Positions 1 through 9,962 of a stretch of 64,000 nucleotides of DNA are shown here, in pieces. The notes under the pieces were generated by a model. That model searched no databases. It was given only the letters and a program-made list of their open reading frames with translations, and was not told where the DNA came from. A program made the translations under genes and the position numbers. The DNA is from an uncultured delta proteobacterium (GTDB lineage: Bacteria > Myxococcota > Myxococcia > Myxococcales > Myxococcaceae). The DNA is taken from the NCBI GenBank assembly GCA_963796055.1, contig CAWCKH010000004.1, forward strand, positions 1,984,001-2,048,000, in the 5' to 3' direction. Within the stretch, counting starts at the first letter, position 1; every line of letters starts with the position of its first letter.

Positions 1-37
1 ACCGGCGCTGCTGGAACCGGACGCCTTCTTCGACCCG

Positions 38-223
38 CTACTTGATGAGGCCCGACTTCTTCAGATGGGCCTCGATCTTCTCCGCCATCGGCCCGGCGGC
101 CTTGTGGGCTGCCGCGAGCTGCGCCTCGGTGATGCCCCACTTCTTGGTCCAGTAGTCGACCTCGTGCTTCTGGGTCATCGCGACGCGAGCGGCGTCCGCC
201 GTCCAGCTCTTCTTCTCCGACAT
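38..223 (-). CDS. Small DUF3606-like protein (61 aa)
   Basis: MSEKKSW...HEVDYWTKKWGITEAQL matches the DUF3606 pattern; GGAGG RBS upstream of the ATG at 223. Confidence 0.75.
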   Translation of the reverse strand: MSEKKSWTADAARVAMTQKHEVDYWTKKWGITEAQLAAAHKAAGPMAEKIEAHLKKSGLIK

Positions 224-418
224 CGGAAACCACCTCCACCCCAGGGGAATCCCTGGGGGCGCCGGAGACCTAAGCAAAGCGAATCCCCCCGTTGCTGCTG
301 ATCCTTCGGGCAAGCCGATGTGGCGAGCGGTGCCGAGCCCAGGAATGCGGGCAACCACCGGACACCGCGGGCGCCGGTGTGCTCGACCTCCACCCGGGGC
401 CAGGGCAGCCTCGCCCCG

Positions 419-1279
419 ATGAGCCTCGATGCGCTCCTCACCGCCTCGCCGCCCTGGCCGCGCCGGGTGGTGTGCCTCACCGAGGAGACGGTGGAGACGC
501 TCTACCTGCTCGGGGCAGCCGACCTGGTGGTGGGCGTGTCCGGCTTCGTGGTCCGGCCGCCCGAAGCGCGCCGGAAGCCGCGGGTGAGCTCGTTCCTGGA
601 CGCCAACTTCGAGCGCATTCTCGAGCTGCGGCCGGATCTGGTACTGGGCTTCTCGGATCTGCAGGCGGACATCGGCCGCGAGCTGTGCAAGCGGGGCGTT
701 CCGGTGCACCTCTTCAACCAGCGGAGCGTGGCGGAGATCCTCCAGGCGGTGCGGCTCACCGGCGCGCTGGTGGGCCGGGGCGAGGAGGCCGACGCACTCG
801 CCAGCCGGCTCGGCGCGGGGCTGGCCCGGCACGCCGAGGCCGCCGCCTCGGTGCCCAGGCGCCCGCGGATGTTCTTCGAGGAGTGGCACGAGCCGCTGAT
901 CAGCGGAATTCGCTGGTGCAGCGAGCTGCTCGAGCTGGTGGGCGGGGTGGACGTGTGCGCCGAGAGCCGGGCCAGCCACGGCGCGCAGGGGCGCATCTTC
1001 GCGCCGGAGGAGGTCGCCCGGCGCGATCCGGAGGGCGTGGTGGCGAGCTGGTGTGGGCGCAAGGCGAAGCCGGACAAGATCCGCGGCCGGCCGGGCTGGG
1101 CGGAGGTCCAGGCGGTGGTGAACGACCAGCTCTACGAGATCAAGAGCTCGGTCATTCTCCAGCCCGGGCCGGCGGCGCTGACCGAGGGGGTGGAGCAGCT
1201 CGCCCGCATCGTCACCGCCGTGGCGCGCGGCGAGCGGCTCGGCCGTCCGCGCGAGGGAGACCTCCGCTCGGCGGCCTGA
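419..1279 (+). CDS. Cobalamin/Fe-siderophore-type substrate-binding protein (BtuF-like), no obvious signal peptide
   Basis: PRRVVCLTEETVETLYLLG, LRPDLVL and ILQPGP motifs; ATG at 419. Confidence 0.85.
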   Translation: MSLDALLTASPPWPRRVVCLTEETVETLYLLGAADLVVGVSGFVVRPPEARRKPRVSSFLDANFERILELRPDLVLGFSDLQADIGRELCKRGVPVHLFNQRSVAEILQAVRLTGALVGRGEEADALASRLGAGLARHAEAAASVPRRPRMFFEEWHEPLISGIRWCSELLELVGGVDVCAESRASHGAQGRIFAPEEVARRDPEGVVASWCGRKAKPDKIRGRPGWAEVQAVVNDQLYEIKSSVILQPGPAALTEGVEQLARIVTAVARGERLGRPREGDLRSAA

Positions 1280-1282
1280 GAC

Positions 1283-2071
1283 CTAGTCGCGCGCCTGGAG
1301 CGCCGGCCGGAGCGCGCGCAGCGTCCACAGCACGCCGAGTACTGCGAGGCAGAGCCCGGCGACCCACAGGTAGCGTCCGACCAGTGCGCTCTCGGTCCAC
1401 CCGTGCGTGTCGATCAGCACGCTGGTATCGGAAAGACCGCCGCCCTCGAACTGCCCGAGCGGAATCTCGCCCGGGTCGCGCCTCGCCGCCCACCAGGTCG
1501 AGGCAACGTCGGAGAACGCGGCCGCGCCGACGACCAGGAGTCCCCAGCGCAGCGCGCCCCGGCGAAAGGCAGACGTCTCGCCGCTGAACACGGTGCACAT
1601 GAGCAGGGTCCCGAGCACCATCGCCCCCGCGTCCCCGTCGAAGGCGATGAGCGCGCGCGCCTGCGGGCCCGGGAGGAGGAGCCCGAGCAGCACCAGGGTC
1701 GCCACCGCCGCGCCAGACGTCACCCAGGACCTCCGCCCGGCGCGTCTTCCGAGCACGACCAGGCTGGCCGAAGCACCGAGCAGCAGCCCCACCAGCACCG
1801 GGGAGCGGCTCCCCGCCATCGGGGTGAACCAGGGCAAGGGGAACGCCGGAAACCCGAGCGCCAGCGCGGTCAGGGCGTGTCCCAGCTCGTGCAGCGGCAT
1901 CCCGAAGAACATCCGCTGCAGCGCGTGCCCGAACGGGCTGCGAGAGAACAGCGCGGCGAGGATCAGCGCGAGCGGCACCGTGACGACACGGAGTCGCAGC
2001 TCGTCGAGCGGCTCCAGGGAGGGAGCGGCCGCACGCCGAGCGCTGAGCACCCCGGTCCCGGGTCGTCGCAT
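1283..2071 (-). CDS. Membrane Zn-metalloprotease-like protein (M50-like)
   Basis: HELGH motif in hydrophobic context; several TM segments; start uncertain. Confidence 0.65.
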   Translation of the reverse strand: MRRPGTGVLSARRAAAPSLEPLDELRLRVVTVPLALILAALFSRSPFGHALQRMFFGMPLHELGHALTALALGFPAFPLPWFTPMAGSRSPVLVGLLLGASASLVVLGRRAGRRSWVTSGAAVATLVLLGLLLPGPQARALIAFDGDAGAMVLGTLLMCTVFSGETSAFRRGALRWGLLVVGAAAFSDVASTWWAARRDPGEIPLGQFEGGGLSDTSVLIDTHGWTESALVGRYLWVAGLCLAVLGVLWTLRALRPALQARD

Positions 2072-2132
2072 CCTGACCACCACTCTAATCGAGAGTGGAA
2101 GCCCGGCCCGGATGCGGCAGACTGGCGGACGC

Positions 2133-2825
2133 ATGGCGCTCGTTCCGTGTCCGGAGTGCGGCAAGCCGATGTCCACCCAGGCGCCCTCCTGCCCGCAGTG
2201 TGGCTACGCACCGCAGGCTGCGCCGGCCCGGTTCGCGGCGGTGGGCGAGGCCACCACCCAGGAGGGTGGCCGGCGCACGGAGACGGTGGTGTGGGAGGGA
2301 AGCCCCTCGCTCAAGCTGCTCCTGGTCCAGGTGCTGCGGACCCTCATCGTCGCCGCGGCGGCGATCGTCGCTGCCATCCTGGTGCACCCGATGGCGGTCG
2401 CGTTCTTCGCCGATCTCTCCGCGGGGAAAGGCGGTCGGGGACCCCGCGACGGGTCTCCGGCGACGCTCATCCTCATCGTCCTGGTCGGCGCCTACTTGCT
2501 CATCCGGGCGGTGGTCCTGACGGTCTCCGTGCTGCGGCTCCGCTCGACGAGGTACCGGCTCACCAGCCAGCGGCTGATGGTCGAGCAGGGCATCCTCAGC
2601 CGCACGCTCGACGAGGTGGACCTCCGCACGGTGGACGACTCCGGGTTCTCGCAGTCGCCCCTGGAGCGGCTGCAGGGCATCGGCACGGTGTGGGTCATCG
2701 CCTCGGACCGGAGCACGCCCCGGCTCGCGCTGCGGGGAATCCAGGATCCGCGCGCGCTCCGGGAGGCCATCCGCGAGCACGCCTACCGGATGAGCCAGGG
2801 GCAGGTCTTCACCCGCTCCACCTGA
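2133..2825 (+). CDS. Zinc-ribbon + bacterial PH domain membrane protein
   Basis: CPECG...CPQCG, two TM segments, [15 protein letters not shown] bPH_2 signature. Confidence 0.8.
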   Translation: MALVPCPECGKPMSTQAPSCPQCGYAPQAAPARFAAVGEATTQEGGRRTETVVWEGSPSLKLLLVQVLRTLIVAAAAIVAAILVHPMAVAFFADLSAGKGGRGPRDGSPATLILIVLVGAYLLIRAVVLTVSVLRLRSTRYRLTSQRLMVEQGILSRTLDEVDLRTVDDSGFSQSPLERLQGIGTVWVIASDRSTPRLALRGIQDPRALREAIREHAYRMSQGQVFTRST

Positions 2826-2830
2826 CCGCA

Positions 2831-3277
2831 ATGCTCGAGGTTCTGCAGGCGGACATCACCACGCTCGGCGTCGACGCGATCGTCAACGCGGCGAACAGTG
2901 CGCTCCGAGGCGGCGGGGGCGTGGACGGGGCGATCCACCGGGCAGCAGGTCCGGAGCTGCTCGCCGCCTGTCGGCGCATCGGGGGCTGTCCGACCGGAGA
3001 GGCGGTGATCACGGCCGGCTTCCGGCTTCCTTCGCGCTTCGTCATCCACGCCGTGGGCCCGGTGTGGGAGGACGGGAGCCGCGGCGAGACGTCCATCCGC
3101 TCCATCGCCTTCCCCGCCATCTCCACCGGCGCCTACGGCTTTCCCCGCGAGCAGGCGGCGCGGATCGCGCTCGAGGTGATGCGGCAGCGGTCACCCGGAT
3201 TCGACCGGGTGGTGGCCGCGGTGTTCTCCGCCGCGGATCGCGAGCTCTACCTCTCCACGCTCTCCGGGCGCGGCTGA
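2831..3277 (+). CDS. Macro domain protein (O-acetyl-ADP-ribose deacetylase, YmdB-like), apparently with an internal deletion
   Basis: [32 protein letters not shown] and [12 protein letters not shown] motifs. Confidence 0.85.
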   Translation: MLEVLQADITTLGVDAIVNAANSALRGGGGVDGAIHRAAGPELLAACRRIGGCPTGEAVITAGFRLPSRFVIHAVGPVWEDGSRGETSIRSIAFPAISTGAYGFPREQAARIALEVMRQRSPGFDRVVAAVFSAADRELYLSTLSGRG

Positions 3278-3324
3278 CCGGGCGTCGCGGGTCCTCCAGG
3301 GACGCGCGCCGCCGAGCCACGCGT

Positions 3325-4539
3325 CTACCCCTCGGGACGCACTGCGACTTCCCGTCCGCTCGCTGCCGCCGACCCCTGCACCACCAGGCCGACCAGCGCG
3401 CACCCCGCGCAGAACAGCGCCCAGGCCGCCAGCAGCCCGTGGTCGATGAGCAGCCCGGCGAGGGCGGGACCGACGATCTGGGCCACCGACTGAAGGGAGG
3501 TGTTGAGCCCCAGCACCACGCCCTGCTCGTTCCTTGCCACCGCCTGGGTCACCAGGCTGGTGAGCGCTGGCCGGAGCACGCCGGTGCCGAAGCTGCTGAA
3601 CGCCCCGGCCACCAGCAGCAGCGGCACGGCGTACACCCCCGCGAGCAGCCCGTAGCCCACGGCCATCGAGACGAACCCGGCGGAGACCAGCCAAGGTTCG
3701 CCGAAGCGTCGGACCAGGCGCCCGAGAAAGGTCTGCACCAGGATGCCGAGGAGTCCGGCGTAGGCGAAGACGAAGCCCACCTCGCGGACCTGGAAGGGGT
3801 GAGCGTTCCAGGTGAGCCGCCGCTCGAGGAAGAGCGCCAGCCCGCCGGTGAAGGTGGCGAACGCCATGACGAAGCAGAAGAACTGGAGCAGGAGACGTGA
3901 CAGCCCGGGCCGCTGGAAGTACTGCCCGTACTCACGCCAGGCGAAGAGCGAAAGCCGTCGGCCCGCCGGCCCGGCCGGGCCCTCCGTCGCCACCGGCCTG
4001 GTGGAGGGCAGGAGGAAGATGGTGGCCAGGATGCTCACCCCGGACAGCGCGGCCGAGAGGAGGATGGGAACCGCGAGCCCGTAGCCGGACAGCGCGGCGG
4101 AGATGGCCGGGCCGATCAGGAAGCCGATTCCGAAGCTGATGCCGATGACCGCGAACGAGCGGGTCCGGTTCTCGGGCTCGGTGACGTCCGAGATGTAGGC
4201 CTGCGCCAGGACGAGATTTCCGGCGGTGAGCCCGTCGATGATCCGCGCCAGGAACACCACCCAGAGCGAGCCGGCGCCGGCGAGCAGCAGCCGCGAGGCG
4301 AAGGTCCCCAGCTGCGAGAGGATGAGCAGCGGCTTGCGCCCGGTGCGGTCGCTCCAGCGGCCGAGGAACGGCCCGGAGAGCAGCTGGCAGAAAGCGTAAG
4401 CCGACACCAGGAGCCCCACGGCGGTGGGGCTCGCTCCCAGCCGCTCCGCGTAGAAAGGGAGCAGCGGCAGGATGATGGTCAGGCCGAGGATGTCGGCCAG
4501 GACGATCAGGAAGATGGGGAGGAGCGGCGAGCGCTTCAC
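3325..4539 (-). CDS. MFS transporter (TetA/DHA1-like)
   Basis: GRWSDRTGRK motif A, about 12 TM segments; GTG start with GGAGG RBS. Confidence 0.9.
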   Translation of the reverse strand: MKRSPLLPIFLIVLADILGLTIILPLLPFYAERLGASPTAVGLLVSAYAFCQLLSGPFLGRWSDRTGRKPLLILSQLGTFASRLLLAGAGSLWVVFLARIIDGLTAGNLVLAQAYISDVTEPENRTRSFAVIGISFGIGFLIGPAISAALSGYGLAVPILLSAALSGVSILATIFLLPSTRPVATEGPAGPAGRRLSLFAWREYGQYFQRPGLSRLLLQFFCFVMAFATFTGGLALFLERRLTWNAHPFQVREVGFVFAYAGLLGILVQTFLGRLVRRFGEPWLVSAGFVSMAVGYGLLAGVYAVPLLLVAGAFSSFGTGVLRPALTSLVTQAVARNEQGVVLGLNTSLQSVAQIVGPALAGLLIDHGLLAAWALFCAGCALVGLVVQGSAAASGREVAVRPEG

Positions 4540-4618
4540 GGGCCCTCCCCTCACACCAGAAGTCGCCCGCGGCGGCAACCCTGGGAGCGTGGAGCGGAGC
4601 GCCTGGAACCAGCGTGCG

Positions 4619-5713
4619 CTAGAGGGTGGGCATCCCCTCGTAGAGCGAGGCGGCGTTCTCCAGCCGTGCGCCCTTGCCGTCCGCCACCGCGAACTGCACC
4701 GCCTTGCCCGATGGACGGTGGCTCCACATCGAGGCCATCCCGTACGCACCGGCCTTCGAGACCGCGTAGAAGCTGATGGGGAAGCCGGGCCGACCCCGGT
4801 CGTCGAGCAGCCGCTTCTCCTTGGTGGTCTCGGCGATGCGCTTCAGCGCGTCGAGGCACGCATCCTTCGGCGAACGGCCGGCCCGCATCCGCTCGACGAC
4901 GAGGTGGCCCCCCGCGATCAGGATGTTCGCCTCGCCCCGCCCGGTGCTGCCGGCGGCACCCACCGCGTTGTCCACGAAACACCCGTCGCCGATGAGCGCC
5001 GAGTCCCCGACCCGCCCCGGCATCTTGAAGAAGAGCCCGCTGGTGCTGGTGCAGCCGGCGAGGTTGCCCCGCCCGTCGCACGCCGAGAGGTGCACCGTGC
5101 CGTGGCTCCGCGGGTCGCGGAAGGGATCCCTGCCGTAGTCCTGGATGAACTCCTGCACCTCGGGGTCGAGCTTCGACGGGTCCGGCTCGAGCCACTTGTC
5201 CTTGGACGAGAGGTTCTGCTTCCAGTACAGCCAGACCTTCCGCGCCCCGTCGGTGAGGAGGTTCTCCACCGGGAACCCGTTCATCTCCGCGAAGCGCCGC
5301 GCCCCCGGCCCCACCAGCAGGATGTGGTCGGTGGTCTCCATCACCGCCTTCGCCACCTTGCTCGGGTTCTTGATGCCCTCCAGCGCCGCCACCGCGCCGG
5401 CCCGTGCCGTCGGCCCGTGCATCACGCAGCTGTCGAGCTGCACGACCCCGTCCTCGTTGGGGATGCCGCCGTAGCCGACGCTCATGTCCTTCGGGTCGTC
5501 CTCCACCAGGTTCACCCCGGCGATGACCGCATCCAGGGGGTCGGCGCCGGCCTGCATGCGCGCCAGCGCCAGCTCGGCCGCCTTCAGCCCGTTCGCCGAG
5601 GCCACCACGACCGGCCGCTGCCCGGAGGGACCGCCCCCAGTCCCGGCAGAGCTGCCGGCGGCGGCGAAGGGGGCGAGCGCAGCGGAGGAGAGGAACAGGC
5701 GTCTGGACACCAC
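4619..5713 (-). CDS. N(4)-(beta-N-acetylglucosaminyl)-L-asparaginase family Ntn hydrolase with Tat-like leader
   Basis: SVGYGG, HGTV cleavage site, TSTSG, GRVGDS, STGRGE; SRRLFL twin-arginine motif. Confidence 0.9.
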   Translation of the reverse strand: MVSRRLFLSSAALAPFAAAGSSAGTGGGPSGQRPVVVASANGLKAAELALARMQAGADPLDAVIAGVNLVEDDPKDMSVGYGGIPNEDGVVQLDSCVMHGPTARAGAVAALEGIKNPSKVAKAVMETTDHILLVGPGARRFAEMNGFPVENLLTDGARKVWLYWKQNLSSKDKWLEPDPSKLDPEVQEFIQDYGRDPFRDPRSHGTVHLSACDGRGNLAGCTSTSGLFFKMPGRVGDSALIGDGCFVDNAVGAAGSTGRGEANILIAGGHLVVERMRAGRSPKDACLDALKRIAETTKEKRLLDDRGRPGFPISFYAVSKAGAYGMASMWSHRPSGKAVQFAVADGKGARLENAASLYEGMPTL

Positions 5714-5724
5714 GGTGGGCCCTC

Positions 5725-6103
5725 CTACGGCGAGCGGGGGACGATGCGGCTCCACATCGAGAGGAGGTTGCGCACGATCGCCCCGTCCGGGGAAGGCGCT
5801 GCCGGAGGAAGGTCGAGCTGGAGACCGTACGGCCCGAGGCAGTTGAACGGGTTGGCCGGGTCCTGGTTCTTCAGCGGCACCGCCGGATCCGCGGGACGGA
5901 AGCCGAGCCGGAGCGCTCTGCTCCTGCACCTCCCGCGAGCGCAGATGCTGGAGCCATGCCCGGCTCGCCTTCCGCTGCTCGGCGCCGCTCTTGCCCGGAC
6001 TCGCTCCCGGGGCGGAGGGCGCGGGCTTGCCGCCGGGACAGCCGCCGCAGGCAGAGAGCAGGACCAGCGCGGCGAGGAACGAGCGCAGCGAGGGGGAGCG
6101 CAT
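5725..6103 (-). pseudogene. Small lipoprotein, frameshifted near 5917 (possibly an assembly error)
   Basis: Lipobox LLSAC. Removing 1 base at ~5917 joins ...EVQEQ to ALRLGFRPADP..., giving 126 codons. Confidence 0.45.
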
Positions 6104-6261
6104 CGGCGGTGCGGAGCATGCCACGCCGGAGGCACCGGGAAGCACGACGTTTGCGCGGCAAGTCACCGAGAACCCCGAGGCGCCGCCCGTCGTTCGTCAC
6201 CCCGGGCGGACGGGGGCCCGGGTAGCATCCCGCCCCCGGGCGCACGACAGGGGAGGGGCAG

Positions 6262-7998
6262 ATGAGCGAAGCGCGGCGGTTCGTCGGGATGGTCCTGCTG
6301 CTCGCGAGCACCGGAGCGCTGGCCGCCGACGGAGAGCGGACCACGGTGGTGGCGGTGGGCAAGTGCGACGAGTCGAGCGCAATCGCCGCCCGGAGCTTCC
6401 GCTCTGCGCTCGCCGCGAAGCCCGGAGCGAAGGTGGCCTCGGAGGCGGAGACGGCGCAGCCGTTCGGAGGAACGACCGAGCGCACCCTCCCCGCGGTGAC
6501 CTCCGCCATCGCCTCGGCGCGGAGCGACTTCTACGGGGGACAGACCGCCCAGGCCAGGGGCACCTTGCAGGGCGCGCTGGACGACGTCACGCGCCTTCCC
6601 CCGTCGACCGCGCGGTGGGCCGCCGAGCGGGACGGGCTGACCTTGCTCGCGCAGATTCTCCAGAAGACGGATCCCAAGGGCGCCGAGGCGGCGCTCAACC
6701 GGGTATTCCGCGTCGAGCCCGACTACCAGCCGGACACCAGCAACTACCCGCCCTCGTTCCAGAAGTACGTGAACGGCATCCGCAAGACGGCGAAGAAGAA
6801 GGCCACCTCGCGGCTCGACATCACCACCTCTCCGTCCGGCAAGGCGGTGTACGTCGGCGGGAGGAAGGTCGGGGTCGGACCGGTGAGCGTGCGGGTGCCG
6901 CCGGGCGAGTACCGGGTGGAAGCGGAGTGGGACCACCGGGGTGCGGTGCGGACCATCACCGTGCCCTCCGCGCCGGTGGAGCTGAGCGCGGCGGTGGAGG
7001 GTGCGGTGTACCCGGACGGCGGGCCGTGCGTGGAGGCCTCCGAGCCGGTGGCGGCGCTGGCCCGCGCCGCGAGGCTCACCGGGGGCGGCCGGATCGTCGG
7101 CGTGCACCCCGAGTCGGCAGGTGAGGACAGCTTCGTGGTGGTGACCTCGGCGAACGCGCAGGGGCAGGACGTGCGCGAGGCCCGGGTGAAGGTGCAGCCC
7201 GGCGCTCCCACCACCGAGGCGCTGGGGCTGCTCGCGGACTGGGCGGTGGCGGGCGGGGAAGCGGCTCCTCCGGTGGAGGTCACGCGAGGACCGGGGGCGA
7301 AGCCGCTCGCGGTGGCCGCGGGAGCGGCAGGAGCCGCGGCGGCGGAGAGCCCGGCGGCGAGTGCCGCGCCCACCCCGGCGGCGAGCACCGAGTACGACCC
7401 CAACGGCACGCACTTCGAGGCGTCGCTGCGGGTGGGGTTCGGCATCCCGCTGGGCTCGGTGCTCGATGCCTCCGGGTCGACCTTCGCCGGGAGCACCAGC
7501 ATGAGCGACTACGCCTCCTTCACCATCCCGGTGATCGTAGACGTCGGCGTCCGGCTCTCCGGCACGGTCTTCCTCGGTGCGTACTTCTCGTATGGATTCG
7601 GCGGCTCCACCGACGCGGCGACCTGTGGCAGCGGCTTCAACTGCTCGCCGAGCACCCTCCGCTTCGGCGGCGAGGTGCACTGGCATCCGCTCGGGAGCGC
7701 CGGAACGGACCCCTGGATCGGCCTCGGCTCGGGGTACGAGAAGCTGAGCATCGGTGTCAGCGGCGATGCCACGGGGACGCTGGCCTTCAGCGGCTGGGAG
7801 TTCGCCAACCTCCAGCTGGGGATCGACTTTCCTCTGGGAGGGGCCTTCCGGGTCGGACCCTGGGTGAGCTTCTCGATCGGTCAGTACGGCTCGCTGACCG
7901 CCACCGGCGGGAACGGGGGCTTCACCGGCGGAGACATCAATCAGAAGGCGATCCACGAGTGGCTGATGGGAGGCATCCGCCTGGTCATCCTGCCCTGA
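6262..7998 (+). CDS. Secreted PEGA-domain protein with C-terminal outer-membrane beta-barrel-like domain
   Basis: Signal peptide; PEGA-like LDITTSPSGKAVYVGG..PPGEYRV; Ala-rich linker; Gly/aromatic beta-strand C-terminus. Confidence 0.7.
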   Translation: MSEARRFVGMVLLLASTGALAADGERTTVVAVGKCDESSAIAARSFRSALAAKPGAKVASEAETAQPFGGTTERTLPAVTSAIASARSDFYGGQTAQARGTLQGALDDVTRLPPSTARWAAERDGLTLLAQILQKTDPKGAEAALNRVFRVEPDYQPDTSNYPPSFQKYVNGIRKTAKKKATSRLDITTSPSGKAVYVGGRKVGVGPVSVRVPPGEYRVEAEWDHRGAVRTITVPSAPVELSAAVEGAVYPDGGPCVEASEPVAALARAARLTGGGRIVGVHPESAGEDSFVVVTSANAQGQDVREARVKVQPGAPTTEALGLLADWAVAGGEAAPPVEVTRGPGAKPLAVAAGAAGAAAAESPAASAAPTPAASTEYDPNGTHFEASLRVGFGIPLGSVLDASGSTFAGSTSMSDYASFTIPVIVDVGVRLSGTVFLGAYFSYGFGGSTDAATCGSGFNCSPSTLRFGGEVHWHPLGSAGTDPWIGLGSGYEKLSIGVSGDATGTLAFSGWEFANLQLGIDFPLGGAFRVGPWVSFSIGQYGSLTATGGNGGFTGGDINQKAIHEWLMGGIRLVILP

Positions 7999-8057
7999 CG
8001 GCCGCTGGCCGCACCGGGGTTGCTCGCCGGACCGCGAGGCGAGACTCTGCCCGCCCC

Positions 8058-9395
8058 ATGCCTCCGTCGCCGACAGACACCGCCCAGGAGCTCTCGCTGG
8101 AAGAGCTCTGGATGCCGTTCACCGCGAACCGGGCCTTCAAGCGGGCGCCGCGGCTGCTCGCCACCGCCTCCGGGATGCACTACCGCGACCTGGACGGCCG
8201 GGTGGTCCTCGACGGCACCTCGGGGCTGTGGTGCGTGAACGCGGGGCACTGCCGGCCGGCGATCGTCGAGGCCATCCAGCGCTCGGCGGCGACGCTGGAC
8301 TTCGCGCCCGGCTTCCAGATGGGGCATCCAGCGAGCTTCGCCCTGGCCCGGGAGGTGGCGGCGCTCGCCCCCGGCGACCTGGACCATGTCTTCTTCGCCA
8401 ACTCGGGCTCGGAGGCGGTGGACTCGGCGCTGAAGATCGCCCTCGCCTACCACCAGGCACGCGGCGAGCCGGAGCGGGTGCGCTTCGTGGGCCGGATGCG
8501 CGGCTACCACGGTGTGGGCTTCGGGGGGATCAGCGTGGGCGGCATCGAGCCGAACCGGAAGGCGTTTGCGGCGCAGCTGCTGCCGCAGGTCGACCATCTG
8601 CCGCACACCCACGACCTGGCGCACAACGCGTTCAGCCGCGGGCAGCCGGCGTGGGGCGCCCACCTGGCGGATGCCCTGGAGAGGATCGTCGCCGAACGCG
8701 GCGCGCGCACCATCGCCGCGGTCATCGTCGAGCCGATGGCCGGCTCGACCGGGGTGCTGGTGCCGCCGAAGGGCTACCTCGAGAAGCTCCGGGCGAGCTG
8801 CGACCGGCACGGCATCCTCCTCATCTTCGACGAGGTCATCACCGGCTTCGGCCGGCTGGGGACGCCGTTCGGCGCCGACTACTTCGGCATCCAGCCGGAC
8901 ATGCTGACCGTGGCCAAGGGCATCACCAACGGCGCGGTCCCCATGGGCGCGGTGGTGGTGCGCCGGGGCATCTACCAGACGGTGGTGGACGCGACCGAGT
9001 CGGGCATCGAGTTCTTCCACGGGTACACCTACTCCGGGCACCCGCTGGCGTGCGCCGCGGGGCTGGCCACCCTGGGGCTGTACCGCCGCGAGGGGCTGTT
9101 CCAGCGCGCGGCCGAGCTCGCGCCGTTCTGGCAGGAGGCGGTCCACGCCCTGAAGGGGCTGCCCCACGTCATCGATGTCCGGAACCTGGGCCTGGTCGCG
9201 GGCATCGAGCTGGAGCCGCGGCCGGGGAAGCCGGGTGCCCGGGGCTACGAGGCGCTGGTCGAGGCGTTCCGCGCCGGGCTGCTGATCCGCGTGACCGGAG
9301 ACATCGTCGCCCTCTCGCCGCCGCTGATCGTCGAGCATTCCGAGATCGAGCAGCTGGTGGATCTGCTGGGCGGCGTGCTCAAGCGGCTCGCCTGA
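8058..9395 (+). CDS. Class III aminotransferase (omega-amino acid:pyruvate type)
   Basis: WMPFTANR, SGSEAVD, GYHG, LIFDEVITGFGR and AKG (PLP Lys) motifs. Confidence 0.93.
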   Translation: MPPSPTDTAQELSLEELWMPFTANRAFKRAPRLLATASGMHYRDLDGRVVLDGTSGLWCVNAGHCRPAIVEAIQRSAATLDFAPGFQMGHPASFALAREVAALAPGDLDHVFFANSGSEAVDSALKIALAYHQARGEPERVRFVGRMRGYHGVGFGGISVGGIEPNRKAFAAQLLPQVDHLPHTHDLAHNAFSRGQPAWGAHLADALERIVAERGARTIAAVIVEPMAGSTGVLVPPKGYLEKLRASCDRHGILLIFDEVITGFGRLGTPFGADYFGIQPDMLTVAKGITNGAVPMGAVVVRRGIYQTVVDATESGIEFFHGYTYSGHPLACAAGLATLGLYRREGLFQRAAELAPFWQEAVHALKGLPHVIDVRNLGLVAGIELEPRPGKPGARGYEALVEAFRAGLLIRVTGDIVALSPPLIVEHSEIEQLVDLLGGVLKRLA

Positions 9396-9405
9396 GCCTG
9401 AGGGG

Positions 9406-9897
9406 CTAGAGCGTCCGGAACATCACCAGGGTGTCCACGAAGCCGAGCGTCGGGTGCTGGAACGCGCCCGGGACCCGGCAGAGGGTCTGGAACCCCATCG
9501 ACGTCCAGAGGTGTACGGCCTGGGCGTTGGTGCTGACCACGATGTTGAACTGCATCGCCCGGTAGCCCCGGGCGCGGGCGTGCTCCAGCGAGTGGGCGCA
9601 CATCGCCCGCGCGATGCCCCGGCCGCTGGCCGCGGGCGCGGTGGCGTAGCCGCAGTTGGCGACGTGGCTCCCGGGCCCGAGCTGGTTGGGGTGGATGAAG
9701 TAGCTGCCGGGTACCCGAGCGCCTTCCTCGGCGACGAAGACCTCGTTGCTCGGCGCCCGCCACCAGGCGAGTGCGGCGTCACGCGAGATGTCGCGCGGAA
9801 GCGCAAAGGTCTCGCCGGCGCGGGCGATGGGCTCGAGGATGGACCAGATGGCGTCGGCGTCGGTCGCGATGGCAGGACGGATGAGCATTCGAGACAT
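9406..9897 (-). CDS. GNAT N-acetyltransferase
   Basis: GRGIARA acetyl-CoA motif, MQFNIVVSTN. Confidence 0.9.
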   Translation of the reverse strand: MSRMLIRPAIATDADAIWSILEPIARAGETFALPRDISRDAALAWWRAPSNEVFVAEEGARVPGSYFIHPNQLGPGSHVANCGYATAPAASGRGIARAMCAHSLEHARARGYRAMQFNIVVSTNAQAVHLWTSMGFQTLCRVPGAFQHPTLGFVDTLVMFRTL

Positions 9898-9962
9898 CGG
9901 ACGAAGGGTTCGCTGGACAATTCGCCGGCCCGTCCGCATACCAGGTACGGAGGCTGCTTTCG

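Noticed and set aside
226..418. Cobalamin riboswitch upstream of the BtuF-like gene
   Set aside because: Only a short GCCGGAGACCT resemblance to the B12 box; the other conserved elements are not visible.
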